Source: an uncultured Chloroflexia bacterium (GTDB lineage Bacteria > Chloroflexota > Limnocylindria > Limnocylindrales > CSP1-4). Taken from it: a stretch of 64,000 bases of DNA. Positions 19,833-29,976 of the stretch are shown in pieces. Below the pieces are notes generated by a model that was given only the letters and a program-made list of their open reading frames with translations, was not told where the DNA came from and ran no database searches. Each line of letters begins with the position of its first letter. Position 1 is the first letter of the stretch. The position numbers and the translations under genes are program-made. The DNA is taken from the NCBI GenBank assembly GCA_963768655.1, contig CAVYIM010000004.1:448001-512000 (forward strand). The letters are read 5' to 3'.

Positions 19833-19960
19833 GCGCTGGCGCCCTGCAGCGCTGGCGCCCTGCAGCGCTGGCGCCCTGCAGTGCTGGCGCCCCGCAGTGC
19901 TGGCGCCCCGCAGTGCTGGCGCCCCGCGGCGAAGGCGCCCCACAGCGCTGGCGCCGCGGA
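19833..19960. repeat. 16-bp tandem repeat (GYGCTGGCGCCCYGCA, about 8 copies)
   Basis: Directly visible between convergent genes. Confidence 0.85.
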
Positions 19961-19991
19961 GCGAAGGCCCGTCTCCGCCTCGGCGCCCGAC

Positions 19992-20957
19992 TCAGGCCTC
20001 GAGTGAGACCGGCAAATCGGTGGCCGCCGACCGGTAGAGAGCCTGGATCGTGCGAGCCTGGCCCAGGGCATCCGCCCGGCCGAGCAGCGGCTTGCCCTCG
20101 CCGAGGATCGCGGCGCTCATGTTCTCCAGCTCCAGGCGGTAGGCGTTGTCGGACTCGACCTCGATCTCGCGATCGCCGAGCCTGATTCCGCCGTCCTCGC
20201 CCAGCCACGGGTCGTGCAGCAGCAGAGTGCCCCTGGCACCTATGGCCTCGAGCGAACGGTGGTGGGACGTGAAGCCGGCGACGATCTCGGCGACGGCGCC
20301 CGACGGGAACCGCAGCAGACCGGCGAAGGTCTGATCCACGCCCGACGGCGTAAGGGTCTGGACGCCGAACACCGCGGACGGCTCGGCTCCGGCGACCAGG
20401 CGGGAGCCGCTGATGCAGTAGCAGCCCACGTCCATCAGGCTGCCGCCATCCATCGCCGGATCCAGCCGGACGTCGCCCTCGTTCGTCAGGACGAAGCTGA
20501 AGCTGGCCCGCATCGACTCCAGATCCCCGATCTCGGGCAGCAGCTCCACGAAGCGCCGAACCTGCGGGGTGTGGCGCCACATGAATGCCTCCATCAGGGT
20601 CAGACCGGCCGCCTCCGCGGCGTCGAAAGCCTCGACGACTTCCTTCGGGTGGCGTGAGTAGGGTTTCTCGCACAGCACGTGCTTGCCGGCCGCGAGCGCC
20701 GCCATAGTCTGAGGATGATGAAACGAGTTGGGAGTGCCGATGTAGACGGCATCGACCTCGGGGTCGGCGAGTAGCGCCTCATACGACCCGTAGGTGCGAG
20801 GGATCCCGAACTTCGAAGCGAATTCCGCCGCCCGGGCGCGGTCGCGACTGCCCACCGCTACGACGGTGGCGTTGGCCGCATTTCCGCCATCGCCCACCAG
20901 CCTGGCGGAGATGCGGCCGGCGCCGAGGATGCCCCAGCGGACCTTTTCGGAAGCCAT
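19992..20957 (-). CDS. Gfo/Idh/MocA family oxidoreductase
   Basis: WGILGAGRI, DAVYIGTP, GKHVLCEKP and GGSLMDVGCY motifs. Confidence 0.92.
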   Translation of the reverse strand: MASEKVRWGILGAGRISARLVGDGGNAANATVVAVGSRDRARAAEFASKFGIPRTYGSYEALLADPEVDAVYIGTPNSFHHPQTMAALAAGKHVLCEKPYSRHPKEVVEAFDAAEAAGLTLMEAFMWRHTPQVRRFVELLPEIGDLESMRASFSFVLTNEGDVRLDPAMDGGSLMDVGCYCISGSRLVAGAEPSAVFGVQTLTPSGVDQTFAGLLRFPSGAVAEIVAGFTSHHRSLEAIGARGTLLLHDPWLGEDGGIRLGDREIEVESDNAYRLELENMSAAILGEGKPLLGRADALGQARTIQALYRSAATDLPVSLEA

Positions 20958-21272
20958 GGTGTCATCTCCTCCTGCCCGGCCGCGGCCGGATCGGCCGCCT
21001 GTTCAGCAGCAGGATGGCACGCTCGCGCAACTTGGAGCCGAAGGAACGGCCGTTGACGATGTCCGCCCGGCAGCCGAGCCGGTGCGGCTCATCGGCGCTG
21101 GCCGCGCCGACCCGCGCTCGGACGCGAGACGGCGGTTTCGGCCCGTGAGCCGCGTCCCCCATTCCATTGACACGTCCGGCCCGCCCATCAGGATCGCCCC
21201 GAACGCACCCGGCGGAGACGGGCGGCCCACCCGGCCGACCAGCCGCCCGGAGGCCGTGGGAGGTCGGTCGCC

Positions 21273-24200
21273 GTGGCCCAGATTACCGTCTCACCCGATC
21301 CATCCGATCCGGACGCCGTGTTGCCGCCTGCGTCGGGCGTTGTCTCGGCCGAACGACCGCGCGGTCGCCGCCAGGTCCGCCGGCGCCTGCTCGTGCTTCT
21401 GCTCGCCCTGCTGGTGATCGCCGGCGTCGCCGTCGTGGAAGTACCCCAGCTCCTCTCGCCCGCCTCGACGGAGACCATCTGGCAAGCCATCACATCCGGC
21501 ATCACCAATGGCACCGTGCCCAAGCAGACGGCCCTCGAGGCCTTCGCCTACGTCTACAGGGTCAGCATTCCGGGCGTGACCGTCCCGAACGGGATCGAGG
21601 GCGGCGACGGGCCCACGTCGGGCACCGGCGTCACGAGCTGGGTCCAGGCCAACTGGAGCTCGCTCACGCCCGATCAGCAGGCGGTCATCACCCGCTACCT
21701 GCCGCCCGCCACCGCGGCCGGGACCAGGCAGATGACCCCGGCGCCGAGCGGCGCGGCGGCAGCCCGGCCGCAATTCCAGCTCGAGGGTGTCGTCAACCCG
21801 TGGCCGATCGTCACGAACGTGGCTCCGGACGCCTCGACCGACCTCGCGATGGCGATGTCCTCCGAGGTCGCAACGGACGTCGCCCACATCGGCAACAGGT
21901 TGGGCCTGCCCATCATCGACATCGGCCTGCCGGGCTTCCCCAACATAATGCTCACCCTGAGCGACGCCGACGGTGGCGACGCCCTGTTCGTGACCAACAT
22001 CATCGACTACCCCAACCTCCCCGGACACATCGCGCCATGCGCGATCACGGCGTTTGCGAACGCTTGGAAGGGCGAGTCGGTCAACGGCAATGGCGGCGTC
22101 TCGCCCCGGCTGCACGTCCTGATCACCCATGAAGTCGTCCACTGCTACCAGAACACGGTCTGGGGGGGCAGTGCGGTTGCCAACGCGATTCCGCCCTGGA
22201 TCACAGAGGGCACGGCGATGTATCTCGCCGCGGACGACACGCAAGTCGCCGAGCCGACGCTGGCCGACGTCTGGACGAAGGGCTACATCGGCCGAGACGA
22301 GACTGCGCTCACCGACCGCACCTACGACTCCTTCGGCTACTTCGCCCTTCTGGCCCACCAGGGACGGGATCTCTGGAGCCTGATGGCCCCGGCATGGGAG
22401 GCGGCGGCCAAGGGACCCGAACGCTCCAACGCGTTCATCGCCGTGCTCCAGGGCGACGCCCCCGACATCGTCGACAACTGGGCCGAGTCGTACCTGCGCC
22501 AGGGCCTGTGGGGGGACCCCTGGATCATGTACGGCTTCGGACTGCCGGACTCGGCCGAGGTCACTCAGCACCCGGCTCAGGCCCAGCCGGATCCCGGCTG
22601 GATCGGCTCGGTGAACAGCCGGGCGAACACCGTTCTCAATGTCACCGCCTCCTCGGGCGAGGTCGTGACCGTGACCACCGACGGCCTGGCCAGCGTCCAC
22701 GACGGCGGCAGCGATAGCTACACCGCGTTCCAGACTCAGACCTTCTGCACCGTCGACAGCTGCGTGTGCCCCGGGGGAACGCTTCTTGCCGGACAGGACA
22801 TGGCCAGCCAGCATCTCGCGATCCCCTTCGTGGCCGCGTTCAACGGCGCGGTCGGCGGGTCCAAGTACGCCATCGTCGCGGACACGCTGGATAACCTGTG
22901 CAAGCACACTGCGACGCCTGAGCCGCAGGGCACGCCGAACTTCGGACCGTGCGGCCCCGACTGCACTCACTCCAACGGCGACCCGCACCTGGAGACCCTG
23001 AACAAAGACACCTACGACTTCCAGGCGGCCGGCGAGTTCACGCTGCTGAAATCGGCCGATGGCAGCCTCGACATCCAGGCCCGCCAGGAGCCATTCAGCA
23101 ACTCGAAGTCCGTGTCCATCAACACCGCCATAGCCGCCCAGGTCGGAAGCCACCGGGTTGGCGTATACGTGGTCGACTCCCGCCTCCAGGCTCACGTGGA
23201 CGGCAGCGTTGTCGATCTGTCGTCCGGGCCAATGGACCTGGGGTCCGGCGGCAGCATCTCAGCCGTCGACTCGGGCTTCCAGATCGACTTCCCGGACGGC
23301 ACCCAGTTGTGGGCGCTTTCGGTCGGGCAGTGGGGCATCAACGCCCAGATCAAGCCATCAGCCGCTCTCGAAGCCGGCGGGGTCGGTCTGCTCGGGAGGA
23401 CTGTGCCCGGCGGCATGGGGGTCCCCGCTCTTCCGGACGGCACGCGTCTCCCGGCGGCGACCAGCAATGCGCAGTACTTCCAGTTGCTCTACGGCCCGTT
23501 CGCCGATGCCTGGCGCGTCACGGACTCGACGAGCCTGTTCGACTACGACCCGGGCAAGTCCACGGCCACCTACACCATCAAGCCGTTCCCGCTCCAGCCC
23601 GTTGCCTCGCTGACCGACCTATCTGCCGCTCAGCGGGCGGCGGGTGAAACAGCGTGCTCTTCCATAACCGATAGCGCACTGCACGACGAATGCGTCTTCG
23701 ACGTCGGCCTCACCGGACAGGTTGGCTTCGGCTCCGGCTACGCAGCAGTCCAGGCGTTCTACGACTCCGCCGTGGCCGCCCCGACGCCGTCGTCTGTGTC
23801 CGCTTCACCGACTCCGGCTGCGGGCGTTGGCGGGAACGTCGTGACGCTGACCAACGGGACCGCCATCGGCGGTTACGCCCTGGGACCCGACAACACCATC
23901 TACGTTTCCGTCCAGACCGGTGACAACAAGTACAGCCTGATCGCCTACGACCCCAAGACACGCAAGATCGTCAAGCAGGTCAGCGTCCCGGCGGCGACCC
24001 CCGTCCACTTCGCCGCCGGCTCGGTCTGGCTGCCGGGCCTCAAGACCGACGCCAACGGCCATAACTGCAGCATCACCCGCTTCGACGCCGTGACGCTCGC
24101 CGATCAGGCGACGATCAAGACGCCGTGCAGCGCCTTCGGAAGCGTCGGACCGGTCGCCAGCGACGGCTCCACGCTCTGGTTCGAGGACGACACGAACTAC

Positions 24201-24788
24201 GACTCGACCACGCTGAAGGGCGCGGTAGTCACGAGTATCGATCCGTCCACGAACGCACCCGGCACCAGCGTTCCGCTCCCCAGCGTTGGCGGGTACTTCC
24301 TCGACTCGCAGGGCGCTCTCTTCTATCAGGACGAGCACAAGAACTACTTCCGTCTGACGACAGGCGCGACCGCGTTCGACCCTCTTGGCTCGTTCAGCCA
24401 GTACTTCGCGGTCCGCCCTGCCGGCACCGGCTTGTGGGCCCAGGACAGCAGCGGCAAGACGGCCGAGTACTTCACGCAGGCCGGAAACCCGCAGGCCACT
24501 ATCCAGGTTGGCGGGAGTCTGGTCGCAGGCGACGCCAAGGCTGCCTACGAGGACGTCCTTGGTAACAACGACCAGGGAGTAACTGAAGAGCAGCTGTGGC
24601 GCTATCCGATCGACGGGTCCACTCCGACCCAGATCAACTCGTCGGGGACGATCGACAGCGGCGCCCTGCCGTACGCGGCCGATCCGCTGCCGATCAGCGA
24701 CGGCAACGGCGTCCTGAAGCTGTGGTCGACTCGCAGCGGCACTCAGCAGCTGGCGGTGATCCTGCTGCAGTGGACGCCCACGCCCTGA
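21273..24788 (+). CDS. Large membrane-anchored protein: HEXXH metallopeptidase-like domain, VWD domain and beta-rich C-terminus
   Basis: N-terminal TM helix; THEVVH...PWITEG; GDPHLETLNKDTYDFQAAGEFTL VWD start; Cys-containing segment (AC...ECVFDV). Confidence 0.75.
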   Translation: MAQITVSPDPSDPDAVLPPASGVVSAERPRGRRQVRRRLLVLLLALLVIAGVAVVEVPQLLSPASTETIWQAITSGITNGTVPKQTALEAFAYVYRVSIPGVTVPNGIEGGDGPTSGTGVTSWVQANWSSLTPDQQAVITRYLPPATAAGTRQMTPAPSGAAAARPQFQLEGVVNPWPIVTNVAPDASTDLAMAMSSEVATDVAHIGNRLGLPIIDIGLPGFPNIMLTLSDADGGDALFVTNIIDYPNLPGHIAPCAITAFANAWKGESVNGNGGVSPRLHVLITHEVVHCYQNTVWGGSAVANAIPPWITEGTAMYLAADDTQVAEPTLADVWTKGYIGRDETALTDRTYDSFGYFALLAHQGRDLWSLMAPAWEAAAKGPERSNAFIAVLQGDAPDIVDNWAESYLRQGLWGDPWIMYGFGLPDSAEVTQHPAQAQPDPGWIGSVNSRANTVLNVTASSGEVVTVTTDGLASVHDGGSDSYTAFQTQTFCTVDSCVCPGGTLLAGQDMASQHLAIPFVAAFNGAVGGSKYAIVADTLDNLCKHTATPEPQGTPNFGPCGPDCTHSNGDPHLETLNKDTYDFQAAGEFTLLKSADGSLDIQARQEPFSNSKSVSINTAIAAQVGSHRVGVYVVDSRLQAHVDGSVVDLSSGPMDLGSGGSISAVDSGFQIDFPDGTQLWALSVGQWGINAQIKPSAALEAGGVGLLGRTVPGGMGVPALPDGTRLPAATSNAQYFQLLYGPFADAWRVTDSTSLFDYDPGKSTATYTIKPFPLQPVASLTDLSAAQRAAGETACSSITDSALHDECVFDVGLTGQVGFGSGYAAVQAFYDSAVAAPTPSSVSASPTPAAGVGGNVVTLTNGTAIGGYALGPDNTIYVSVQTGDNKYSLIAYDPKTRKIVKQVSVPAATPVHFAAGSVWLPGLKTDANGHNCSITRFDAVTLADQATIKTPCSAFGSVGPVASDGSTLWFEDDTNYDSTTLKGAVVTSIDPSTNAPGTSVPLPSVGGYFLDSQGALFYQDEHKNYFRLTTGATAFDPLGSFSQYFAVRPAGTGLWAQDSSGKTAEYFTQAGNPQATIQVGGSLVAGDAKAAYEDVLGNNDQGVTEEQLWRYPIDGSTPTQINSSGTIDSGALPYAADPLPISDGNGVLKLWSTRSGTQQLAVILLQWTPTP

Positions 24789-24822
24789 CCCACCCGGCTC
24801 ACGGACGTTGCCGCGCGGCTTC

Positions 24823-25371
24823 CTAGGAGAGCGAGTCCAGGTTCGAGTCGAGCGCCGCCCAATCGGCCCCATCGCTGTCTTCGGCCGGCTCGGCCGGCTC
24901 GGCCGGCTCGGCCGGTTCGACCGGCGGGAGTTCGCGCTCGTTGTGGGCCGAATAGTCGGGCACCGTTCGCTCGTACGAGCCGGTCATCAGCGGCGAGCTG
25001 ATCATGAAATCGGCCGAGGCCCGGTCGCAGGCGACCGGGATGTTCCACACGACCGCGATCCGCAGCAGCGACTTGACGTCCGTGTCGTGGGGCTGGGGCT
25101 CGAGCGGATCCCAGAAGAAGACCAGGAAGTCGATGCTGCCGTCGGCGATCATGGCCCCGATCTGGAGGTCTCCGCCCAGCGGACCGGACTGGAGGCAGGT
25201 CACCGGCAGATCTAGTTCGCGCCCGAGCATCGTCCCGGTGGTCCCCGTCGCGACGAGATCGTGAGCCTCGAGCATGCCCCGGTTGAAGCGCGCCCACTCG
25301 ATCAGGTCTTGCTTCTTGTTGTCATGGGCGACGAGCCCGATCCGTTTGCGTGGTTTCAGATCCAGTGCCAT
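24823..25371 (-). CDS. mgsA: Methylglyoxal synthase
   Basis: LVAHDNKK, ATGTTG, SGPLGGDLQIGA, FFWDPL and PHDTDVKSLLR motifs. Confidence 0.95.
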   Translation of the reverse strand: MALDLKPRKRIGLVAHDNKKQDLIEWARFNRGMLEAHDLVATGTTGTMLGRELDLPVTCLQSGPLGGDLQIGAMIADGSIDFLVFFWDPLEPQPHDTDVKSLLRIAVVWNIPVACDRASADFMISSPLMTGSYERTVPDYSAHNERELPPVEPAEPAEPAEPAEDSDGADWAALDSNLDSLS

Positions 25372-25427
25372 CGGCCATTCCTATCCGGCGGCGGCCCCAA
25401 ATCGCCGCACGCCCTATCCCAGGATGA

Positions 25428-25588
25428 CACGAAACCCGCGCACCGTGCGGAGATGGTCCCCGGCGTTGAGCTTGCCTTCGCCGGGGCCCTGGTCCGTGCC
25501 AGCCAAGTGGCACGGAGTCGAGCTCCGCAGTCGCTCTGTGCAGTTCCGCGGCAGTTCCGTGCGCTCGTGCCGCTGCGGGGTTCGGTGC
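25428..25588. other. Multi-branch hairpin element in the mgsA upstream region
   Basis: CGAAACCCGC/GCGGGGTTCG, TGCGGAG/CTCCGCA, CCCCGGCG/CGCCGGGG and TCCGTGCCA/TGGCACGGA nested stems. Confidence 0.45.
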
Positions 25589-25601
25589 AATCTCCCGGCT
25601 T

Positions 25602-26120
25602 CTACTCCCGCTGCAGCTCCGCGTGCAGCTGGGAGCGAGCCCGCGAGATCCAGCTCGCCACCGTCCCGACGGGCGCCGAGAGCATGGCCGCGATCTCGGC
25701 GTGGGTGTAGCCGTCCACGACGTTGAGCAGCAGCGCAGCCCTGACCCGCGGCTCCAGGGACTTGATGGCGGCCGCCAGATCTGGGTCCGCGGGATCCTGC
25801 CAGGACCGCGGCTGGACACGGCCGATCGCCGCCAGCCAGCGGCGCCGCCGGCGCAACTCGTTGAAGGCGAGTCGCAGACCGATCGTATAGAGCCACGCTC
25901 GAACGTCACTGCCGTCGAAGCGCGACCATGACCGAAATGCCTGCAGGTACGCCTCCTGTGCGACGTCCTCCGCCTCGGCCCGGTCACCCAGAACGAGGAC
26001 CAGTCGCCGGACCAACGGGGCGTATTGCGGCGCGACCGCTCGCTCGAAGCTCTCGGCGACCTCGCGTCGGTCTTCGCCGCGCCCCAGCGCGATGGCGGGC
26101 AAGGATGTGTCGCTGTTCAC
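25602..26120 (-). CDS. ECF RNA polymerase sigma factor
   Basis: Region 2 AEDVAQEAY...AWLYTI; region 4 GYTHAEIAAMLSAPVGTVASWISRAR. Confidence 0.9.
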   Translation of the reverse strand: MNSDTSLPAIALGRGEDRREVAESFERAVAPQYAPLVRRLVLVLGDRAEAEDVAQEAYLQAFRSWSRFDGSDVRAWLYTIGLRLAFNELRRRRRWLAAIGRVQPRSWQDPADPDLAAAIKSLEPRVRAALLLNVVDGYTHAEIAAMLSAPVGTVASWISRARSQLHAELQRE

Positions 26121-26181
26121 GGCTTGCTCCGTAGCGCGTTCGGCCCGGCACGAAGCCGGGCCGAACGACGATCCCTGGATA

Positions 26182-26670
26182 TCAGCGGGCTGTGCATGCG
26201 CCCGACAGCGGCGCCCCCTGTCGCTGATCCACCACCATCAACAGTGTCCCGTCGACGATCGCGCCCGGAACCACGACACCCGTGGCCGGCGCGGTGGTCT
26301 GGATCACGGTGGTCGGCGGCGTCTTTGCGTCGCCGTTCCCGGCCGAGGCGTCGCGCTCGATCTGCCACTGGACCCTGGTGATCCCATGCGCGGCGATGTA
26401 CGCGGCGGCCTGCGGTGGAGTCATGCACTCCATCCGTGCCCCGGCCAGCGGCTGCCCCGGGTTCTCGACGCCCGGGTGACCCTGAGCCTGGCCGAGGATC
26501 ACCGCGCCCGCGAGCGCCGAGCCGGCCACCGCGAGAATGAGCAGCGGCGCGGTCGCGAAAGAGAGCGCGAGGCGCCTGCTCCGGCGGGCCGGCAGGGCCG
26601 GCGGCTCGGCCGTCTCGAGCCTGGACTCCATGGCCATCAGGCGGTCCCTGAGGTCTCCATCCGTCGTCAT
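26182..26670 (-). CDS. Single-pass membrane protein, putative anti-sigma factor
   Basis: Short cytoplasmic helix (DLRDRL), basic patch, TM helix and small external domain; GGAG RBS; adjacent to the ECF sigma. Confidence 0.55.
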   Translation of the reverse strand: MTTDGDLRDRLMAMESRLETAEPPALPARRSRRLALSFATAPLLILAVAGSALAGAVILGQAQGHPGVENPGQPLAGARMECMTPPQAAAYIAAHGITRVQWQIERDASAGNGDAKTPPTTVIQTTAPATGVVVPGAIVDGTLLMVVDQRQGAPLSGACTAR

Positions 26671-26796
26671 GTCGTGCTCCTTCGGCTTCGCGGGCTCGCT
26701 CGATGTCCGCCTTCGACCGGTACAACACCGGTCCGCCCCGAATCCATGCGACCACGACGCCCCTGTGTGGAATGGATCGCCCGCCCCGGCTCCGCC

Positions 26797-27852
26797 TCAG
26801 CAGTCGACGGCGTCGCCTGGGGCGCGCTGGGCTGGCGTGTAGAGGTGGTAGTTGGCCCCGCAGGCGGCCTGGTTGCCTTCGTGGACGGCGGCGCTGACCT
26901 GGTGGTCGTGCAGGCTGGTGGCGTCGCCGGCCGCGTACACGCCGGGCACGTTGGTGTGCTGCTCCGAGGTGACGACGATCTGGCCGAGCGGGTTCAGCTC
27001 GAGGCCGAGCTGGCGGGCGAGGTCGGTGGCAGCCCGCGTTCGGCGGACGGTGTAGACCTGTTGGACCGGGACGCGCGTCCGGCGGGGATCGTCGAGAACG
27101 AGCGCCTGCATCTGCCCGTCGCGGTTTTCGTACTCCAGAACGCCGCACGGGTGGGCGGCGATGCCGCTACCGGCCAGGTCGGCCAGTCGCGAAACCGGAA
27201 CCTCGAAGCCCTCCGGGCGGCCGGCGACGATCGTCACGTGGCTGGTGAAGACGAGCAGGTCGAGCGCGGTCTGGACCGCATCCTCGTCGTGGCCGACGAC
27301 GCCCACGACGTGGTCGATCGATTCGTAGCCGTCGCAATGGATGCACCAGAACAGGCTCCGCCCCACGCAGCCGTCCCGACCGGGAAACTCGGGAAAGTGG
27401 CCGAAGACGCCGGTGGCCAGGATCACCGTTCGGGCGATCACTTCCACCGGCCCACCCTGCGGCACCTCGCCGAACATTCGGGCCATCTCGGCGTCGCGGG
27501 GAGCGGTCGGCCCCGGGCCGCCTCCGCGGGCGCCGCCCTCGGGCAGCCGCTCGATCCGCAGCCGGAACCGATCGCCGTCGCGCGTCGCGGTGGCGACGTG
27601 CCCGAGCAGCAGCTCCGCTCCATACCCGGCCGCCTGGCGCCAGCCGAGGCGGCGGATATCTGCGGCCGGAAGTCCGTCCGGGAAGCCGAGGTAGTTGTAG
27701 ATCGTGTGCTGCCAGCGGAAGCGGTCGCGCTCGTCGACGAGGAGAACGCTGCGGCGCATGCGGCCCATGTTCACGGCCGCCGAGAGACCGGCGGCCCCGC
27801 CTCCGACTACGACGCAGTCGAACTCGCGAGGGGAAGCGTTGGGAGTGCTCAT
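26797..27852 (-). CDS. Thioredoxin reductase-like NAD(P)/FAD-dependent oxidoreductase
   Basis: GGGAAG, VILATG, WCIHCDG and TNVPGVYAAGD motifs. Confidence 0.88.
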   Translation of the reverse strand: MSTPNASPREFDCVVVGGGAAGLSAAVNMGRMRRSVLLVDERDRFRWQHTIYNYLGFPDGLPAADIRRLGWRQAAGYGAELLLGHVATATRDGDRFRLRIERLPEGGARGGGPGPTAPRDAEMARMFGEVPQGGPVEVIARTVILATGVFGHFPEFPGRDGCVGRSLFWCIHCDGYESIDHVVGVVGHDEDAVQTALDLLVFTSHVTIVAGRPEGFEVPVSRLADLAGSGIAAHPCGVLEYENRDGQMQALVLDDPRRTRVPVQQVYTVRRTRAATDLARQLGLELNPLGQIVVTSEQHTNVPGVYAAGDATSLHDHQVSAAVHEGNQAACGANYHLYTPAQRAPGDAVDC

Positions 27853-27946
27853 GGCCCAATCATGCACTCATCCGGGTCCGGCGGCATAGGCCCGCAGGAT
27901 CGAGCCCGACCGGATGTTTCAGAGGTTTCGCTGAGCGGGCGCCCCG

Positions 27947-29122
27947 CTATCCTCGCGCCTCGAAGCGTTCGAGCGTGTAGCGGTCCACTTCCGTGCCGTC
28001 GAGCGTGACGCCCGCAGGGACGGCCATGCGGCCCTTCGCGATCGGCAGCGGCACGGCCAGGAGGTCGTGGACGAGCAGGCCGGCCGTGGCCAAACCGTGC
28101 GCTCGCTCCGGACTCGCCGCCCGCTCCGGCGCAAACGGGCCTTCGAGCGCGCGCCTGTCCCGCATCGCCCCCGCGATGCGGAGCACGGCGGCGACTCCAA
28201 CGCCGGTTTCGAAGTAGGTGCCCAGGATGACCTGCGCTCCGGCCGCCGAGGCCGCCTCGGCGATCCGCAACGTCGGCGCCTTCCCTCCGACCCGGGCCGG
28301 CTTGACGACGACGACGTCGGCGGCTCCCTCGGCCAGGGCGGCCCGCGCCGAGCCCTCCGAGTCGATGCTCTCATCGAGCGCGATCGGAACCCGGACGCGT
28401 TCCCTCAGAGCGGCGTGGCCGGATATGTCCCAGGCGGCGAGCGGCTGCTCCACGAACTCGATCCGGAACGGCTCGATGGTCGCGATCCGCTCGACGGCGG
28501 TGTCGAGATCCCACGCTCCCGAGGCGTCGATCCGCAGGCGCGGCTCCGGGCCCACTGCCGCCCGAAGAGCTCGAAGGCGATCGACCAGCTGGTCGGTGGT
28601 GCGCTCGAAGCCGGCTCGCAGCTTGAGCGTGTCGAACCCGAGCTCGACGGCCTGGGCGGCCGCTTCCGCCCCGGCGTCCGGTCCTCCGAACGCGATGGTC
28701 GCGCTGACGGGGATCGGAGTGTTCGACGGCCCGGCGTCCACGCTTCCGCCGACACTCCGAGCCGCAGCCAGGACGGCAAGCAGGCCACCGATCGCGCCGT
28801 CGACCGCGGCCATGGCGGCCCGGCCCGGCTCGCCCTCGGCCGCCAGTTCCGACCATGTCGGCGGCCGGCCGCCGGCCAGCGCCGGTACGATCTCGCGCAC
28901 CAGCCTCGCGAGAGCCGCGGTGATGACATCCGTCGCGATCGGGTTGAGTGCGGCCTCACCCAGGCCTTCGTGGCCGTCCTCGTCCACCACTCGCACGAGC
29001 CAGGATCGCCGATGCGTGAACTCGCCGGTCGCGTCCAGGAGCGGCCGCCGAAATGGAACCCGAACGCAAATCGCCTCGACCCTGGCGAGACGCGGCGAGG
29101 CCGTGGGTTCGGAGGCTGGCAT
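27947..29122 (-). CDS. Enolase superfamily enzyme (o-succinylbenzoate synthase / MLE-like)
   Basis: GLGEA, TLKLR, RIDASG, FVEQP, IALDES and VVKP motifs. Confidence 0.8.
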   Translation of the reverse strand: MPASEPTASPRLARVEAICVRVPFRRPLLDATGEFTHRRSWLVRVVDEDGHEGLGEAALNPIATDVITAALARLVREIVPALAGGRPPTWSELAAEGEPGRAAMAAVDGAIGGLLAVLAAARSVGGSVDAGPSNTPIPVSATIAFGGPDAGAEAAAQAVELGFDTLKLRAGFERTTDQLVDRLRALRAAVGPEPRLRIDASGAWDLDTAVERIATIEPFRIEFVEQPLAAWDISGHAALRERVRVPIALDESIDSEGSARAALAEGAADVVVVKPARVGGKAPTLRIAEAASAAGAQVILGTYFETGVGVAAVLRIAGAMRDRRALEGPFAPERAASPERAHGLATAGLLVHDLLAVPLPIAKGRMAVPAGVTLDGTEVDRYTLERFEARG

Positions 29123-29295
29123 CGCACCATTCTAGGCGCCGGCATCCCAGGCGCCGGCATCCCGGGCGCCGGCGCGGCTCCACGCTGGGGCGGGCACAGG
29201 CCCGGCGCCGCTGCGTCAGCGGCGGGTGCACGTGACGGGCGCGCACGGATAATGGCCGCGGCGGAGCAGGCGCCCGGATTGGCGGAGGCGACAGA

Positions 29296-29856
29296 GTGGC
29301 CAAACTCAGCGGCAAGGACGGAGGACGCCAGGAGGACGAGGCGGCGACGCCCGCGGTTCGGGCGTGCGTCACCGACGACCTGACCGCGGTTGCGCGGATC
29401 TACGCACACTACGTTGTGCACAGCACGGCCACGTTCGAAGAGGAACCGCCGACCCTAGAGGAATGGCGAAGGCGGCTACGCGAGATCGCCCTGCTCGGGC
29501 TGCCCTTCCTCGTCGCCGAGGTCGACGGCACGGTGCTCGGCTACGCCTACTGCACGAAGTGGCGGTCGCGGCCGGCCTATCGCCACACCGTCGAGGACTC
29601 GATCTACGTGGCCCCGGACGCCGTCGGGCGGGGCATCGGCACGGCGCTGCTCGAGTCGATCCTGACCCGGTGCGAGGCGCTCGGGATGCGGCAGATGATC
29701 GCGGTCATTGCCGACGGAGAGGATGGGGCTTCCGTCGCACTGCACGAGCGCCACGGTTTTCGGTATGCGGGCCGCCTGGCCGCCGTCGGGTTCAAGCACG
29801 GGCGCTGGATCGACACGATCATGATGCAGCGATCGCTGGGCCCTGACGTCGGGTGA
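29296..29856 (+). CDS. GNAT N-acetyltransferase (phosphinothricin acetyltransferase/YncA-like)
   Basis: ATFEEEPP, AYRHTVEDSIYV, GRGIG and GFKHGRWID motifs. Confidence 0.9.
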   Translation: MAKLSGKDGGRQEDEAATPAVRACVTDDLTAVARIYAHYVVHSTATFEEEPPTLEEWRRRLREIALLGLPFLVAEVDGTVLGYAYCTKWRSRPAYRHTVEDSIYVAPDAVGRGIGTALLESILTRCEALGMRQMIAVIADGEDGASVALHERHGFRYAGRLAAVGFKHGRWIDTIMMQRSLGPDVG

Positions 29857-29976
29857 GCACAACAGGGGAGCCGCGGCCTCGTGGCCGTGCGGCGGGCCCC
29901 GCGGCCCAACACCGGCGGCCCGCCCGGAGCGCGGTTCCGGCCGCATAGCCGTGGCGCCGTCCTTGCCGTGACTGCG

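Noticed and set aside
19833-19960. Possible CRISPR array
   Set aside because: Contiguous 16-bp units with no unique spacers and no cas genes; it is a simple tandem repeat.
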